Shown here: positions 12,484-26,489 of the stretch, one piece after another
Layout of the letters: every line of letters begins with the position of its first letter
Numbering within the stretch: the stretch's first letter is position 1
Source of the DNA: Octopus sinensis
Taxonomy: Eukaryota
DNA length: 64,000 nt
Assembly: GCF_006345805.1 (NCBI RefSeq)
Contig: NC_042998.1
Span: 17,236,001-17,300,000, forward strand
Reading direction: 5' to 3'
Notes under the pieces: model-generated
Told to the model about the DNA's origin: nothing
The model's database searches: none
The model's input: only the letters and a program-made list of their open reading frames with translations
Made by a program: the position numbers and the translations under genes

Positions 12484-15354
12484 ACTTATTCAAACGAGTA
12501 ATAATAGAAATGAAAAAGCAATTCCCTTGGATTTGGACTTGTTGTTGATTGGTCTGTACTATCTAATTAAAATTTGCGCATTTGAAGAATTGTAAATATG
12601 TGTGAGTGTGCATGTGTGTCTGTGCGTGTGTGTGTTTGTGTCTGATTGCGCGCGTGTATGTGTGTACATACGCGTATGTATGTGCGCCCCTGTGGGGCAC
12701 ATACATACACATGTCTTTCAAAATATTGTTTACTCATTAGCAACTGTGTCTCGGAATTTGTGAAAATCATTCGTCTTATTTCCTTCAATCATTAAGTCCG
12801 CCATTAATGCACTGATGTTCCCAGGGCTTTTGTGGTAAGATCACATGGTACTACGTTGAAAGTGTTCCCTTTCAAAATCTCTACTTTATGCTGTGTCTCA
12901 CGATCATGCTCAGTTTGTATTCATTCCAGAGATTCTGAATAAGACAAACTCTTTCGACGGGGAGCCTCGTGATTACAATGGAAACTATTGGAATATTATA
13001 CCACTGGTGTTAAGCTCTTATTTGTGTGGTAGGATATATATAGTTTACCATCATTTATTACATTATTTTGGTGCAGCCAAACATATTGTTTAAAATATTT
13101 AAGGCAAATTTATTTAAATTAAATATACTTTTATCAGTATATACATTTGGAAGATAGATGCAATGCTAGAAGCACATATAGAACTGTTATTGGCCGCCAA
13201 TAAATAAAATTGATACTAGCTTGCCCAGATGATATAGTCTGGTGGTAGGTAGCAAAGCCATTTGAACCGAATTACAATAAGATAGTGTAATTCGATTGAA
13301 GCTACGCTGAATTCCCAATTCTTACATATATACTCATAATTATAACAGAATGCGGGAACAAGAACAACTGTAAATACATCAAATATGTATTTAAAACAGG
13401 AATCCAATATTTTATTCCATACCCCAGTATTAGACGGAGATGTATGCAACAACTGGAAACTATTTCGGATACAAGTATCTCTACTTCTTTCTCATTTCCC
13501 CCATTATCTCTCCTTTCGTGTGTGTGTGTGCGCGTACGCTTGTGTGTGCGTAACTGTATCTGTGCGCGTTTGTATGTGTGTACCCATGCCTGCATTTCTC
13601 GGGATATGTAACTATTTTATAGATGTAAATTTGTCGGCTGCAGTCTTTATAGAACCAAATGTACGAGTTATAGACAAGCATAGCTAGGGAAAAGGGAATT
13701 GAGAAATTAACAAACATGTGAACAAATATATTCAGGGCGGAGATATATCAAATTGATATGTATATAGTTTCTTATCATTTGTATGTTAGGAGGAATTGGA
13801 GGAGAAAAAACCAATACGTCCAAGCACAGGACGTAAGATATATTTTACTGCATATATTATTAACCCATAATAAATGTCCATAATTGCATTACATTGAGAA
13901 TAAAGTAAGGAAGTAGAAATGTGCAGCATGAGGAATCGAAAGATATATCTGACTTAAAATCTACTGCTTGGTGAGATTCTAGAGCAGCAATAGTCACATA
14001 TATCCAACAAATATTTACCGCTATTGTATTTTAGATATATCAAATGTTTCGCTCATTAAATACGTTTTACTTGTATGCTATAGAAAACTGCCACTTCCTT
14101 AGTGATGGACATTTCCTAGATCATTCGGAAGAGATCTTTTATGCTTACACTATATTAAAGAGTCGTAAGAAGTAAGTAGAAGAATACAGAAGTAGTATTT
14201 AGTAAATTATATATTGTATGTATGAAATCATGTTTCTACATAAGTTTCAGTGTATGTGCATATGCTTGCTTGAATATGTGAATCCAATTCTACCTTCAAC
14301 CGAAAGTAAATGTCAAAAGTTATTAACTATAACAAACGCTGAATTATCTGCTATTGAACTCAGATCAATTTTATTACTCTTTACCGCAAGAAAAGGTATT
14401 AAGAATTGTATTTCGCCATAAAATATCAATACAAGAATTTTATCAATATATTCTAACTTAGATTTATTCTTATTCTTCATGTTATTAATGGTTATAACCG
14501 ATTCTCACAAGTAACCCGTGATGTCAATATAAACATTTTGCTTTTAATTATTTTGTTCTCTGCAATATATTCAATATAGTACTATTATATATATATTTTT
14601 TAAATATATATTAATTAATATATATAATTACAACAATATATTCTCGTCATTAAAAATGCTTTTTGACTATTTCTGATGCTACGAATGCCCAAACATGTCA
14701 CGTTTACTTCTTATATATCTCTATACGTAAAATAAATTTTTCTGCTAAAATGTATTTGTATAAGTAGCCAAAAAATTTCGTAATGCCAAGCGGTATGAAG
14801 CAAGGGCCTTTTCGCTGATATAGTCTCTGGTAAACATTGAAATAGCAAAAGAACGACGTGGAGGATTCGCGTGAACATCCACTCATTATAGAGATACTTA
14901 ATCACAGCAGACATACTGCCGATACAAATAAACTTGAAACTAAATAACCATAACAAAATCAGCTAAATTGCAGGTCATATATTGCTATGAGAATGTATTC
15001 TTCTTACTCTAATAATTAAAGAGTTACCTCACATTTTGCTTTGAACGGCTCGACTCGGAGTAACGCTGGCGTTTGAGAAAGAAATACGAACGTCATTTTC
15101 GGCATTGAACTCTCTGTTATCAAGAACTTATATTTTCAGTTTATACTTCTTTGACTCATTATTCCGTGACTATTTTGCCTTGACCAATATTTGGATATTG
15201 TCTCAAATATTTTGTACTCTGTACTGCCATTATTGTCAATTTTTACTATATTTCTCAATACATAAATATTATTGTCCAGACCTGTTTGTTTTATTTGCTC
15301 GTTTCGAGCGTGGACTGCTTCCTTGCCATGCAGTAACTGTAACAATATTATATA

Positions 15355-16214
15355 CGAAGTGGTATGAAAGTCTTCCTGAAATAGTTATGTTTGATGAAAA
15401 AATAGCTTATTTACCTACGTTTTCATCATCATCTCCGAAATAAACACCTTGCGCAGCAATACAGCGGTCCCACCATTGCTACCACTTTTGCACCACAGTC
15501 TGGAAGTCTTTTTCCGTGAGCGAGTCGAGGACCTTCTGCAATTCGCTCTGAATCTCAACAAAGGCGACGTTTGAGTTTCATTTTCATCTTGGGGAATTCT
15601 GAAGGAGCTAAATGCGGAGAATAGTGTGGGTGTGGAAGTGATATCCAAGTTGTTTTTGTCGAGAAACTCGCGAGTGAAGAGAGTTCCGTAAAGAATCCAA
15701 TTCTTCGCGTTCTCCAGATTTCGTTGTTTTCGTTCAATGTCCTCTCTGAAACGCTTCAAAATGTCACAGTAGAAATCCCGATTGAAGGTCTGGCTTTGGG
15801 GTTCAAATTCTCGATGAGCAATACGACATTTCCGGGGATGACTTTAGTGGAAAATCATCCAGATTGCTCATCGTCTTCTTCAGGCATTCGTCTACTTTTT
15901 AAAGTGTCCGTGCCACTCGAGACATTGCCTACGATCCATTGCCTCCTCGCCGTAAGCTTGCCGAAGCATGCTCAATATTTCTGTAGGAAATTCTCACGTT
16001 TTCATTTTGTACATGTCCATAACATAATCGAAGATTACAGCAAACAAGTGATCACAAAAAACATAAATCTCACAACTTGCAAAGTATACACAGCAATGCC
16101 ACTCGGCACACTGCCTTATGTATATCACTGCTAGCTCTCATTTCACAAGCCCAATTTTCTGCCATCTGTTTGCGCACTACTGAGCTAGTCTGGGAACGTT
16201 TTGATACCACCTCA
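15355..16214 (-). mobile_element. Internally deleted mariner element
   Basis: Degenerate TIRs CGAAGTGGTATGAAAG.. versus TGAGGTGGTATCAAAA.. (reverse complement of the right end). Minus-strand peptides MKRFREDIERK, LTREFLDKNN, LPHPHYSPHLAPSE and FPKMKMKLKRR match mariner C-terminal motifs. Confidence 0.8.
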
Positions 16215-18427
16215 CATTGAAGAATTAAGTTTCCCTCCGTTAGTGATGATTGAGTGTTGCATTGCTCTATTGTAATTATAAACGCAATCAATGATCACAA
16301 TCAGTGTGGTTTCCTTTAGATTATAACAGTAAGAGCAGGAGAAAAAGTCATACTGAAATGGGACATTAATGTCTCTATGTTGCAATGTTTTTAACCGCAC
16401 ACAACAAGCACATTTAGACAAAATCATTTTTTAGCAACTGTCACTGGGAAACATAATTGATTTCATGTCACCTCTTTGTAGTATTCAATGTGAAATTCTT
16501 CGTTATTTGAAGGAAATAATTGTATTTCCCTACGTTTTAACATTTCAAAAATATTGTTTGTTTGGAAAATATTATTCCACATTTTTTCTTTCTTTTTTTT
16601 CTTTACTTTTTGCAATGTACCTCTGTTGAAATTAATGCGTTGACCTTATATAACTGGATTATTTACTGTTACTACTTTGAACAATCATATGTTTGCTAAC
16701 ACTTTATTTATTCAGACTGGTTTGTCATTGGCAGTATCAATATAAGAAATTGAATCTTTATACAGTTACATTTGAAACAGTTACATTAATAAACCAAGAA
16801 GGATGCAAAAGAAATGTCGTTTGAGTTTTGAAATTTGTAGAAACCTTTAAGATATGAATTGTACTTTCTTTCAGCACTTCTCCATTCAAATCCCACCGAG
16901 TTTGAAATAACAGTAAGGGGGTTTGTTGTTGTCAAGCACTAGGTTAAGTAATGGTCTGCAAATATAATAAAATGTATTTTAGCTTTAACTTTCCAAACGT
17001 TTTTTATATACCGTGAAATACATTCATTTAGCCTTATATTAATTCATTTATGACGGGAGGTTATGCGAATTAGAAATAATCACACTTATGCACCAAGATG
17101 CAACGTTAAGCGTATTTGTAATACAAGCTATAAATCTAATGTTGCCCAATTCGCTTCCCTAACTTTTGAAAGTGCATTCGGATTTAGAAATGGTTGCAAC
17201 AAGGTAGAGACTATCAGTCAACTGAGAAGTCTACGATCTTTTCCAAGAGAGTTGGTTAGTATTCACACAAGCGTTCAACCATCAATACGTCGACAAGTTC
17301 AGGCAAGTAGACCCTTTCGGAAATACATTTAGAGGTTGTCAACGGTTTCGAGTGCAAGTAGGGAGGTTGTCGGTACTATCGAACCAGTTTTTTTTTTCAA
17401 GTACTTTATTTCATCTACTCTGCAGAGATGAAAAAACAAAGTTGATCCGAGTGGAACTTAACGCAGAACGTAAAGATTTATACCCTTTCGTTGCACGAAA
17501 GGGTATAAATACAAAACGAAAATATAATCCGTTTTCAAGTTTTTGTTTGATTTCCGTTACCACTTATAGGGTCTATTCTTCTTTACTTGTCCTAAGGATT
17601 ACACTTCTCTTACACTTTATATTACTTTATTATTATTTCTTTTTTTTTGGGGGGGGGGGTTCTTTCATTGTCTTTTTTTGTGTGGGGGGAGCTCTAAGAC
17701 TTCTACGTCTTTTTTTTTCAGTGGGGTGAGTAAAATAAGGAACCCCATTCTAAAAAGCATGACATTCTGCCAGTGAAATAACGACATCAGTGAGATAGAT
17801 GTATTTTGAAATATGAGTAAAAGCCAACCACCTGACTATATGTGTTAAACAGTTTAGGTACATTTCCCTGGTCTTTCATGAGTTAATTTTTATGTATCAA
17901 CTTTTCGATAAAATAATGTCATATTTTTAGTGTAGTTTTACTATTTCCTCTTGGTTCTGAATAATTTTACCAAGTATAAATGTACTGAGCCATGTATTTT
18001 TTTAAAAATCTACTTCGTATTGAACGTTTTGTGTTTGAATCGATATACTGATTTTTCTAATGCTCATGAAACACCCTCTATAAGATTATTTCAATATTAC
18101 ATGTCCTATTTGCGTTGACTAAAAATTGATTTCGTGTCGAGTTCGTATTTTTGTACTCTCAACTTACCAGTCATTGATATTAAAAAATTCATAAAAAGTT
18201 CTGAAAGCCATTTGGGTTTCAGAAATTATATGGCAATCTTGGTTGATATGAATTGGTGTATATACGTTAAACGAATTATACAACACACTTTTGATTTTTC
18301 TACATTAATTGTAGAAAGTTGCGGTCTAACGTACTCCTGGCGTTTCAGATTTCTCTCAAAACACATGCGCCTACCTACACATACTGGTGCAGGCACTTGC
18401 ATGCGCGCAATTACATATATATTGGTT

Positions 18428-18632
18428 TCAATTTTTTGCACAAGGACATCAATTACGGGTCGGGATAAATCAATTATATCGACTCAAGTGCTCAACTGGT
18501 AGTTATTTTATCGATCTCGAAAGGATGAAAGGTAAAGTCAGCTTCGACGGAAGTTGAACTCAGAACATAAAGACGGGTGAAATTCCGCAAAGCATTTCGA
18601 CCGGTGCGATAAAGATTTTCCAACTCACCGCC
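18428..18632 (-). mobile_element. SINE family B (tail type 2)
   Basis: TTTATCGATCTCGAAAGGATGAAAGGTAAAGTC...GAACTCAGAAC...AAGCATTTCG...CTCACCGCC. Confidence 0.8.
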
Positions 18633-20514
18633 TACAGTTACATATTAACTACTTATTTGGGTTTTTTTTGCTATATGATTAAAAAATTATGATTATTGGG
18701 TTTCACCAAATTACGTTTGGTTATATGACTTCCACCAATTAGAAGTATAAATAAAAATTGTCTTGTGTGCATTTAAAATATTCTTACAGACTAATATACA
18801 AAAGGAATTTGTTTTAGAGGAGGTATAGTATATTATTAAGGAATACGGATAAGATGTGTCACGTTCGGCATAGGAATTAAATTCGATCCTGACAGAGAAG
18901 AGTTAGCTAATAAATATTAACCAGGATCATCATTTGCTCTCGTAATGAAGAAATGTGAAAGTATATTTAATTGCAATTAGTTAAATGAAACATATGGCAA
19001 TGCAGTGAAAAGTAAATGCGATTATGGTACAACAGATATATTCACTCGATTCTCTACATCGTTATTTACAGATTGCATTTATTAGTTTCCAAATGCGAAC
19101 TTGCTTCAGTTTACTTGTTTTCAACTAAGTCTTATTTCATACCTAACAAATACATGGTAACTTAGAACTGATCACTACGGCAACATAGTAAGAGGAGTAA
19201 GAAGAGGCAGGCAACTTCACATGCATGAAGAGGGAATTGAGTACAAGTTTCCTTTTAACTGATGATGCTTGTTAATTAACGTATGGCTATACATACCTTC
19301 GCTCGGATCTGACATTCCTTTGTCGGCCATGGGTTTAGAATCACGTGAGTTTATTGATAGCGCTTTTGAATTTTTCAATTGTTAATTAAATTTATGATGT
19401 TTTCATTCTACTAGTGGGACCCATGCACATTCCACCGATTGGAAAATTTAAGAGGAGATATTTCAAAAGGAACGGATGATTTGCATTTTTATAGCATTCA
19501 TAGTTTAGCTTTCTTTAAATATTCTTGAAGTTCATCTACATTCATTTCCTCACGTGTCCGTCGGTGTTGTCTTTTTCCAATTTTTATTATATTGTCTTGC
19601 TGTTCCTCTCTGGTTCGTGCTCTATAGCTGCGCATACTTTCTCGAGCAGCTTCCGACCCTGTTTCTAGTGAATACAAATTTGATTTAATTAACCCATATA
19701 AATAAATATCAATTTTTTAAGCGAGCAGATAGCTGATAAATAATTACGCTCTAAGCATGCTTTAACTGATGGTTACTATAAAAAAATAGTTCAATAAAAA
19801 AACAATACTTTTCACTATCACACACCACCACAACCACCACCAACAACAACACCAACATCTGCCTCTTTCTCTCTCTTTCTTTCTTTCTTTCTCTCCCTTA
19901 ATATAACTGCCTCGCCTGTCCATCTCTACCTATCTTTCCCTTCAGCTAACATTTTAACTGCGTAATAAGTATCCCGTCCTCACCTCACGCACGTTGTTAA
20001 CATTTCTCTCCCCCTATTTTTCTCTCGTTTTCCACTCTACCTTCCGTTGATCACGTGATCATTTCGCCTAAGTGTATTAAGTGTATTACATTTTCCTCTC
20101 TCCTTTCCTCACTCCCCTCTCTCTCCCCTCTTTCTCTCTCTCTATCCATCTCTATCTCCCTCTCACACGCTCTATGTTGCACCCTTACTCCACCTCTCTA
20201 ACTACCTAATGTTTAACAGGTGGATGAACAAACAGATTACCATGTTGATATTTGTGGTATATTTCCCTGATATTACAATGATATTTTGTTCTAAAGGCAT
20301 ATCATTATTTTGCATGTTTAATACGATTCGTGTCTGTTCGACTTCATTTTCTTAGGTTAATTCATGTCAATACTGCTAAGCAAAATTTCAAATGTGACGC
20401 CATTAATGCAAGAGATTCCTATACGCATTGGAATCTGAATTATCCGCTATATCCACTCATATACAAATATATTGTCTGTCGCATAAGCATTTATTTTCTT
20501 TCAACTCCACAAAT

Positions 20515-20533
20515 AAATATATATATATATATT

Positions 20534-20582
<49 letters not shown>

Positions 20583-20620
20583 TATATTATATATATATAT
20601 ATATATATACATACATACAT

Positions 20621-20669
<49 letters not shown>

Positions 20670-20673
20670 TATA
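20515..20673. repeat. (TA)n-rich microsatellite
   Basis: Visible directly; it explains the YI-repeat ORFs. Confidence 0.95.
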
Positions 20674-22717
20674 CTCTCACTTTTAATACGCTTCTTTGAT
20701 TTATATTTTCATATTTTGTTTTGGCTATCACCAATATTCAGCTAGAATTACTTTAACTTTGATGTTTCTTTCTAGTACTGAACATTTCACCCAAGTGCAA
20801 GTCTACCCAATGTCATTCCGTTTTAATGTCTCTACTTTAAATGTAGACATTTACTGCCTACGTTCTACTGACATTTCGATTTTCTCAGCCATATATCTTT
20901 ATTAATTACTTAGTCATTGTTGCAATGGTATTATTTTAAAACATTTCTCCGAAAATCTGATAAATCAGTAGATAGTTGATTCGTATAAACATAGACCGAT
21001 ATTTTACTCTCTCAATATTCGTTAATTCCATCTTTGAACTAAGCATAAAAATCCTGCACTTGTTTTCTTAATAATACAACTTATTTTTCTAAGTTGTTAT
21101 TCTATCTGTCTTTTTCTAAATTTCTTCTAGCTTCCAATTTATTTCATAGCCCGATATTTCTGTGTGGAGATCAAAATATATGCTAGTTCTCGTTTTATTT
21201 TTGACATCTATTTCATCTTGTTGATTTACCCCGAATTCTCCACAATATTGCTTTTGGATCTCTTCTCATTTCAGGTGATATTGTCTTTGTATAGATGATA
21301 AAAATACGTTATAATTTTTGTAGTGTGTTATATTGAAAATTCATTTTCTTTCTTTTGTTTCCATTCTGAAAGGCCATTGTTTCAAAGTTGTATTGATTAT
21401 GGTTGTCATAAGCGTGATCTTTTCTGTCAGAAAACTACCGAAATGATTCCTTTCATTCGCATAGTTCATGTCAGAATTTAGTTGCTACTCTCTAACATTT
21501 ATAGCTCTGTAAAAGTTAAGGGATGTTTGCCACTGAAAATAACTGGAACATTCTATTTTCTTTACACAGTGTTCCACGTGCATTTTCTACTAACTGCAGT
21601 CCGATCTATGTTAAATAACAATACTGAGTATCACGTTTGTTTACGTCCGCTGATTTCTCTGATTATAGGCGAAACCTATAATGTTATACAAATCTTCATC
21701 GAAATTATTACACGTGTACAAGTTACACATTTAGGCAGGCGTTGCAACTTACCGATAATATGGTTTTGCTAAGTAACCTACACAAGTATTACTGCTAAAA
21801 CTTCCTTTTTTACATGCACTGGTGCACAATATTTCTTTGTTTCTATAAAAACGATAACACATGTATTTCTTTAAATGTATTTTGTATAGTAGCCATATCT
21901 CAGCAGTATGTATTAGGTTGCCTTTATTTTGTGATAAATAAAATGCATTTAATACTCACAGGATGGTGAGTGTGCAAGTGTGTAGGCTCAGTGCATATAC
22001 GTTCGTATGTGATTATATTTTATAGCAAGTACAATTTACCATTAATAAAAGACAATCGGAAATAGAGCTAAACTAATACTGTGAGAATGTACATATTGCA
22101 AAAAAACCGATAGGAATAAATATACAGCTATGTCCGCCACGATACTTGTACTCTTACCATGATATCATAATATCGATTTGATTTATTGACTTCTGATGAA
22201 CCCAACACACACGTGCACGAATACACATACACACACATGCACACAACTATATTACCCAGTTTTCTATGTATTGGACTACATTAACGGATTTCTATAATTT
22301 GCAAATCCGCTCACAGTCTTCCGATTACGGCTCATTGGCTCACCGATTCCCCCGCTATTTCTTTTACACAATGCCATTTTTTTGTAATTAGTATAAGTAG
22401 AAATCTATTTCTAGTATATTCTCGCTACCATATACTTTCTTAGAACATAATCCCGCATTACATTCAATCAAATGTGTTATTAGAACAAAAGTGAGGAAAG
22501 GATTTTGTGAGGACTACCTGAGGTTACTGATATCTATTCAAGCAATGTACATCGATTAGAGCAGTTGTTTCATCCTCGCACCTCAAACCAAAGTACATGA
22601 CTTACACATAAAAGACAAAGTGAAATATAAATACGTTAAATTCATTGGAATTTTTTCCTTTCTCCTACAATCATCCTATAAACTTTAGCTGAAACATACT
22701 CCCTATATATCATTCTG

Positions 22718-23100
22718 TGGAGGCGCAATGGCCCAGTGGTTAAGGCAGCGGACTCGCTGTCGTAGGATCGCGGTTTCGATTCCCAGACCGGGCGTTATGA
22801 GTGTTTATTGAGCGAAAACACCTAAAAGCTCCACGAGCCTCCGGCAGGGGATGGTGGTGATCCCTGCTGTACTCTTTCACCACAACTTTCTCTCACTCTT
22901 TCTTCCTGTTTCTGTTGTACCTGTATTTCAAAAGGCCGGCCTTATCACTCTCTGTGTCACGCTGAATATCCCCGAGAACTACGTTAAGGGTACACGTGTC
23001 TGTGGAGTGCTCAGCCACTTACACGTTAATTTCACGAGCAGGCTGTTCCGTTGATCGGATCAACCGGAACTCTCGTCGTCGGAACCGACGGAGTGCTTCC
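22718..23100 (+). mobile_element. tRNA-derived SINE family C (octopus OR-like), full length with TSD
   Basis: Head GGAGGCGCAATGGCCCAGTGG...GGTTTCGATTCCC carries A/B boxes. A perfect 13 bp target-site duplication ATATATCATTCTG lies at 22705-22717 and 23101-23113. Confidence 0.92.
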
Positions 23101-23286
23101 ATATATCATTCTGCACAAACCCGTAGTCATTCGTTATGTTTTGCTGCAGTACAAAACAAGGTTTTTATCCTTTATATTACATCTATGAAGGCCAGATTAA
23201 GTTGTATATTTATGTTTTACTAACGGATACTCTATATCTGTGTAGGTAGAAAATATTCTTCTTTCAATATATTTTTCACATACGCT

Positions 23287-23404
23287 AATCCCCACTGCGT
23301 GGCATCTTGGGCAAGTGTCTTCTGCAATAGCCCCGGGCCGACCAATGCCTTGTGAATGGATTTGGTAGACGGAAACTGAAAGAAGTCTGTCGTATATATG
23401 TATT

Positions 23405-23439
<35 letters not shown>

Positions 23440-23667
23440 ATGTGTGTATTTGTTTGTCTGTGTTTGTCCCCCTAGCATTGCTTGACAACCGATGATGGTG
23501 TGTTTACGTCCCCGTCACTTAGCGGTTCGGCAAAAGATACCGATAGAATAAGTACTGGGCTTATAAACAATAAGTCCCGGGGTCGATTTGCTCGACTAAA
23601 GGCGGTGCTCCAGCATGGCCACAGTCAAATGACTGAAACAGGTAAAAGAGTAAAAGAGTAAAGAGTA
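23287..23667 (+). mobile_element. SINE family A, 5'-truncated
   Basis: CCCACTGCGTGGCATCTTGGGCAAG...GACTGAAACAGGTAAAAGAGTAAAAGAGTAAAGAGTA tail. Confidence 0.9.
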
Positions 23668-24079
23668 ATCAACGAAATTTTCCCTCCAGGTACTGATGAA
23701 CATTCATCTATATAACTTGTACCTAATGTTTTCTAAACAACAATTTAAATGTGTCACGTAGTTGTCGTTGAGTTCAAATACTTCTGTAACTTAAATGTGG
23801 GCAACGCTGGTTTTTATTCTCTATTTAAAACAAATCTTCTGAATCAGAAACAGAAAATGTTGCCATCCTCCTGCAGTTATCATCATCACTCACTCGTGTC
23901 TCTGATTCGCTATGAAATTTCAAACCACGCCATGACCCACCATGATCCAGAATATTCACGAAGTAATTTCGCTTCTATAACACAATACAAATAAATTCTA
24001 TTTGACCGCGATCCACGAGCCTTTCACGAGCATCAATACAGATCTTGCGTATTGCATACGACTCATCACTAACAACTCA

Positions 24080-25330
24080 CCTCTGAAATACAATTATTTA
24101 ACATCCATATGATCTTGCATCTCACTGCGTACACATTAAATCTTCGGATACAGGCTGCAATGAGCATGCAAATATTTCTCTGGGAAATTTACTCACTAAC
24201 TACACAGAATGGCACTGGGAAGCTAGTAACCCTACTTCAAAGTGATAGGAGGTGCATACTATATTTGGCTGACAAAAGAAACTATTTTCATGGATTCTCT
24301 TCACCCAGAGACCTAGAAACAGCTAGGCTTTCTGTTCACACTCGCCTGAAAAGAAAGATGCGATTTGTTTCTGCGGACTAAATGATAGTTATAAACATTC
24401 GAGCAACAATAAATACTTCCCACCTTTACAGTCTGACTTTTCGACACAATGTTTACCATATCTAATTTTACACACAAGCGCACAAACACGCATGTGAATC
24501 TACATATCCTCATATGGCTTTCAGATTTCACGTCCAGTACAAATCGTCCTTCCACTCCTGCATATATATCAACCCTCACACCTCTCGTACCCAATTCATA
24601 ACTTCATTTTCCAGGCATATCCTGAAGTCACACCGGTTTTCTTTTTGTGCAACAGACACAACTCTAGCATGTTTTTTTTTCCATTTTGTTATTTTCACAA
24701 TATCCACTGGAAAACTAGACTGAGTTTCTGGTAAACCTGTAGGACAGATGTCACGCACCAGACGGTTTAACATAGCCCACTAGAGGATAGTTTACATAGA
24801 TTCTGACAGAGTGATACCACAGATCTCGTCACTTATACACGCAGATAATTCACCTTTATAAATTCTGGGGCATCGGAATTCCTTCCCAGCAAGGATATAT
24901 CATCCTACGTATTGAAGATGTCATAGTGTTGCATCTGATTTTAGGAGCTCTACGACTATTCTATTTAGACATGGCGTCTTACCAAAGTTTAGTTGAACTA
25001 TTGCTAACAGTACTTCCCCAATTTTAAGAATGTTACCCAGATGCGTCAACATGTCTCTTTGAAGCAATAAATTGAATATCTCTATGTAAACTCCGACAGG
25101 TTGAAGAAAGGATCAGAAAAGTTCCGTTTCTATCATTTTAATAAGTTTATTTAGGTTTTCAAAAAGTGTATGTCTATCTTTCGAATGCACAACAATACGG
25201 AAGTTTATTAATCCTTAAATTCTTGTCTAAGTACATAAAAAACCTTGCGATCGATTCGTTTAAATGTATTTAAACATGCGATGTGGTTTGTGACAGTCAT
25301 GTATTGTCAATCTTAATTCTCACCGAAATG
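24080..25330 (+). pseudogene. Very decayed hAT-like transposase remnant
   Basis: HC/AYTLNLRIQAA near 24123-24160 resembles the hAT C..H.LNL motif. YIK/KTLRS near 25230-25252 resembles the hAT C-terminal IKT.LRS. No TIRs found. Confidence 0.35.
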
Positions 25331-26154
25331 TTGTTGTCTCTGACTCTAATTCTTTGCCTGTTGTTAAATAAAACCTAGTCACTTGATTGTTTTACCACCA
25401 GCAGCTGGTAATATTTCGTTGTTATCGTTGTCAAACGAGTCACTGTGTACCTTTCTTTGATACCCAAACATTGTGACACCTAAAAGTATATAGGTGATTC
25501 TTGAACTTCTTTCACGTTCTATCAAAAAATGGCCATCATTTGGCATGTATTATACAAAACATTTCAATATATCTGATTCAGAAAAATTAATCAGCGTCAA
25601 CTTGCTTCTTATTAATCCGAAATTTGAACTTAGCCCTTACTAGTTTATGTTCACTGCAATAGTTCGCACTGTATTAAACTAGTAGCGTATCAGACTTTTC
25701 AGTGAGGATAAACTCAAGCACATGCTCTTTGAATGTGAATGTATTTATGAATAGCGTCAAAGAGAATTCCAAATTTCAAGTTGTTTACCAATGTTATCAA
25801 GAAAGTGTGTTGGTGTAGAAGGAAAGTTACAATTGATTGATTATTGAAAAGAAAAGTTTGTATCCTCAATTCGCTGAAAAGTTGGTGCTACACTGAAAGA
25901 TCAGAGACACAGCGATTATGTGCTTGAGGAGTTTTTAATTCCATTTTTTGATCTTTTATGTTATATGGCCGCCTTAAATTTTCTAACACATTAGTAAATT
26001 CATTGTCTCCATCTACTACTAACTTTTGTTTACCTAATCCAGAATATTGTGAACCCCGAGGAAGTTTCTATCAAATGTTCTTCACCAGAAAACAAGGTTC
26101 CCGAAAGCGCGGCTTGGTCTATGTAAAGACATTGCGGTTCTTTAGTAACACATG

Positions 26155-26489
26155 AAGGCGCATGGTTTAGTGGTTAGGGACGGACATTCGGCTCATGATC
26201 GTAAGGTCGTGAGTTCAATTCCCGGCGGTGCGTTGTGTCCTTGAGCAAGACAATTTATTTTCACGTTGCTCCAGTACACTCAGCTGGCAAAAATGAGTAG
26301 TACCTGTATTTCAAAGGACCAGCCTTGTCACACACTGTGTCACGCTGAATCTCCCCCAGAAATACGTTAAGGGTACACGTGTTTGTGGAGTGCTCAGCCA
26401 CTTACACATTAATTTCACGAGCAAGCTGTTCTGTTGATCGTATCAGCTGGGACCCTCGTCGTCGCAACCGACGGAGTGCTTCTTCCTTC
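26155..26489 (+). mobile_element. tRNA-derived CORE-like SINE family D (octopus OR-like)
   Basis: Head TGGTTTAGTGG...GAGTTCAATTCCC, CORE-like TGTGTCCTTGAGCAAGAC, and a 3' ~180 bp shared with 22718-23100. Candidate TSD AACACATG at 26147-26154 and 26490-26497. Confidence 0.88.

Noticed and set aside
20700-21780. LINE RT remnant on the minus strand (similar weak hints at 51880-52300 IYAEDM and 56250-56750 FYLG)
   Set aside because: Only isolated degenerate motifs; too weak to call without a search.
22718-22795. Genuine tRNA gene (also the heads at 26155, 35289, 47140, 54463)
   Set aside because: No clean cloverleaf or oligo-T terminator. Each head continues into a SINE body, and some have TSDs.
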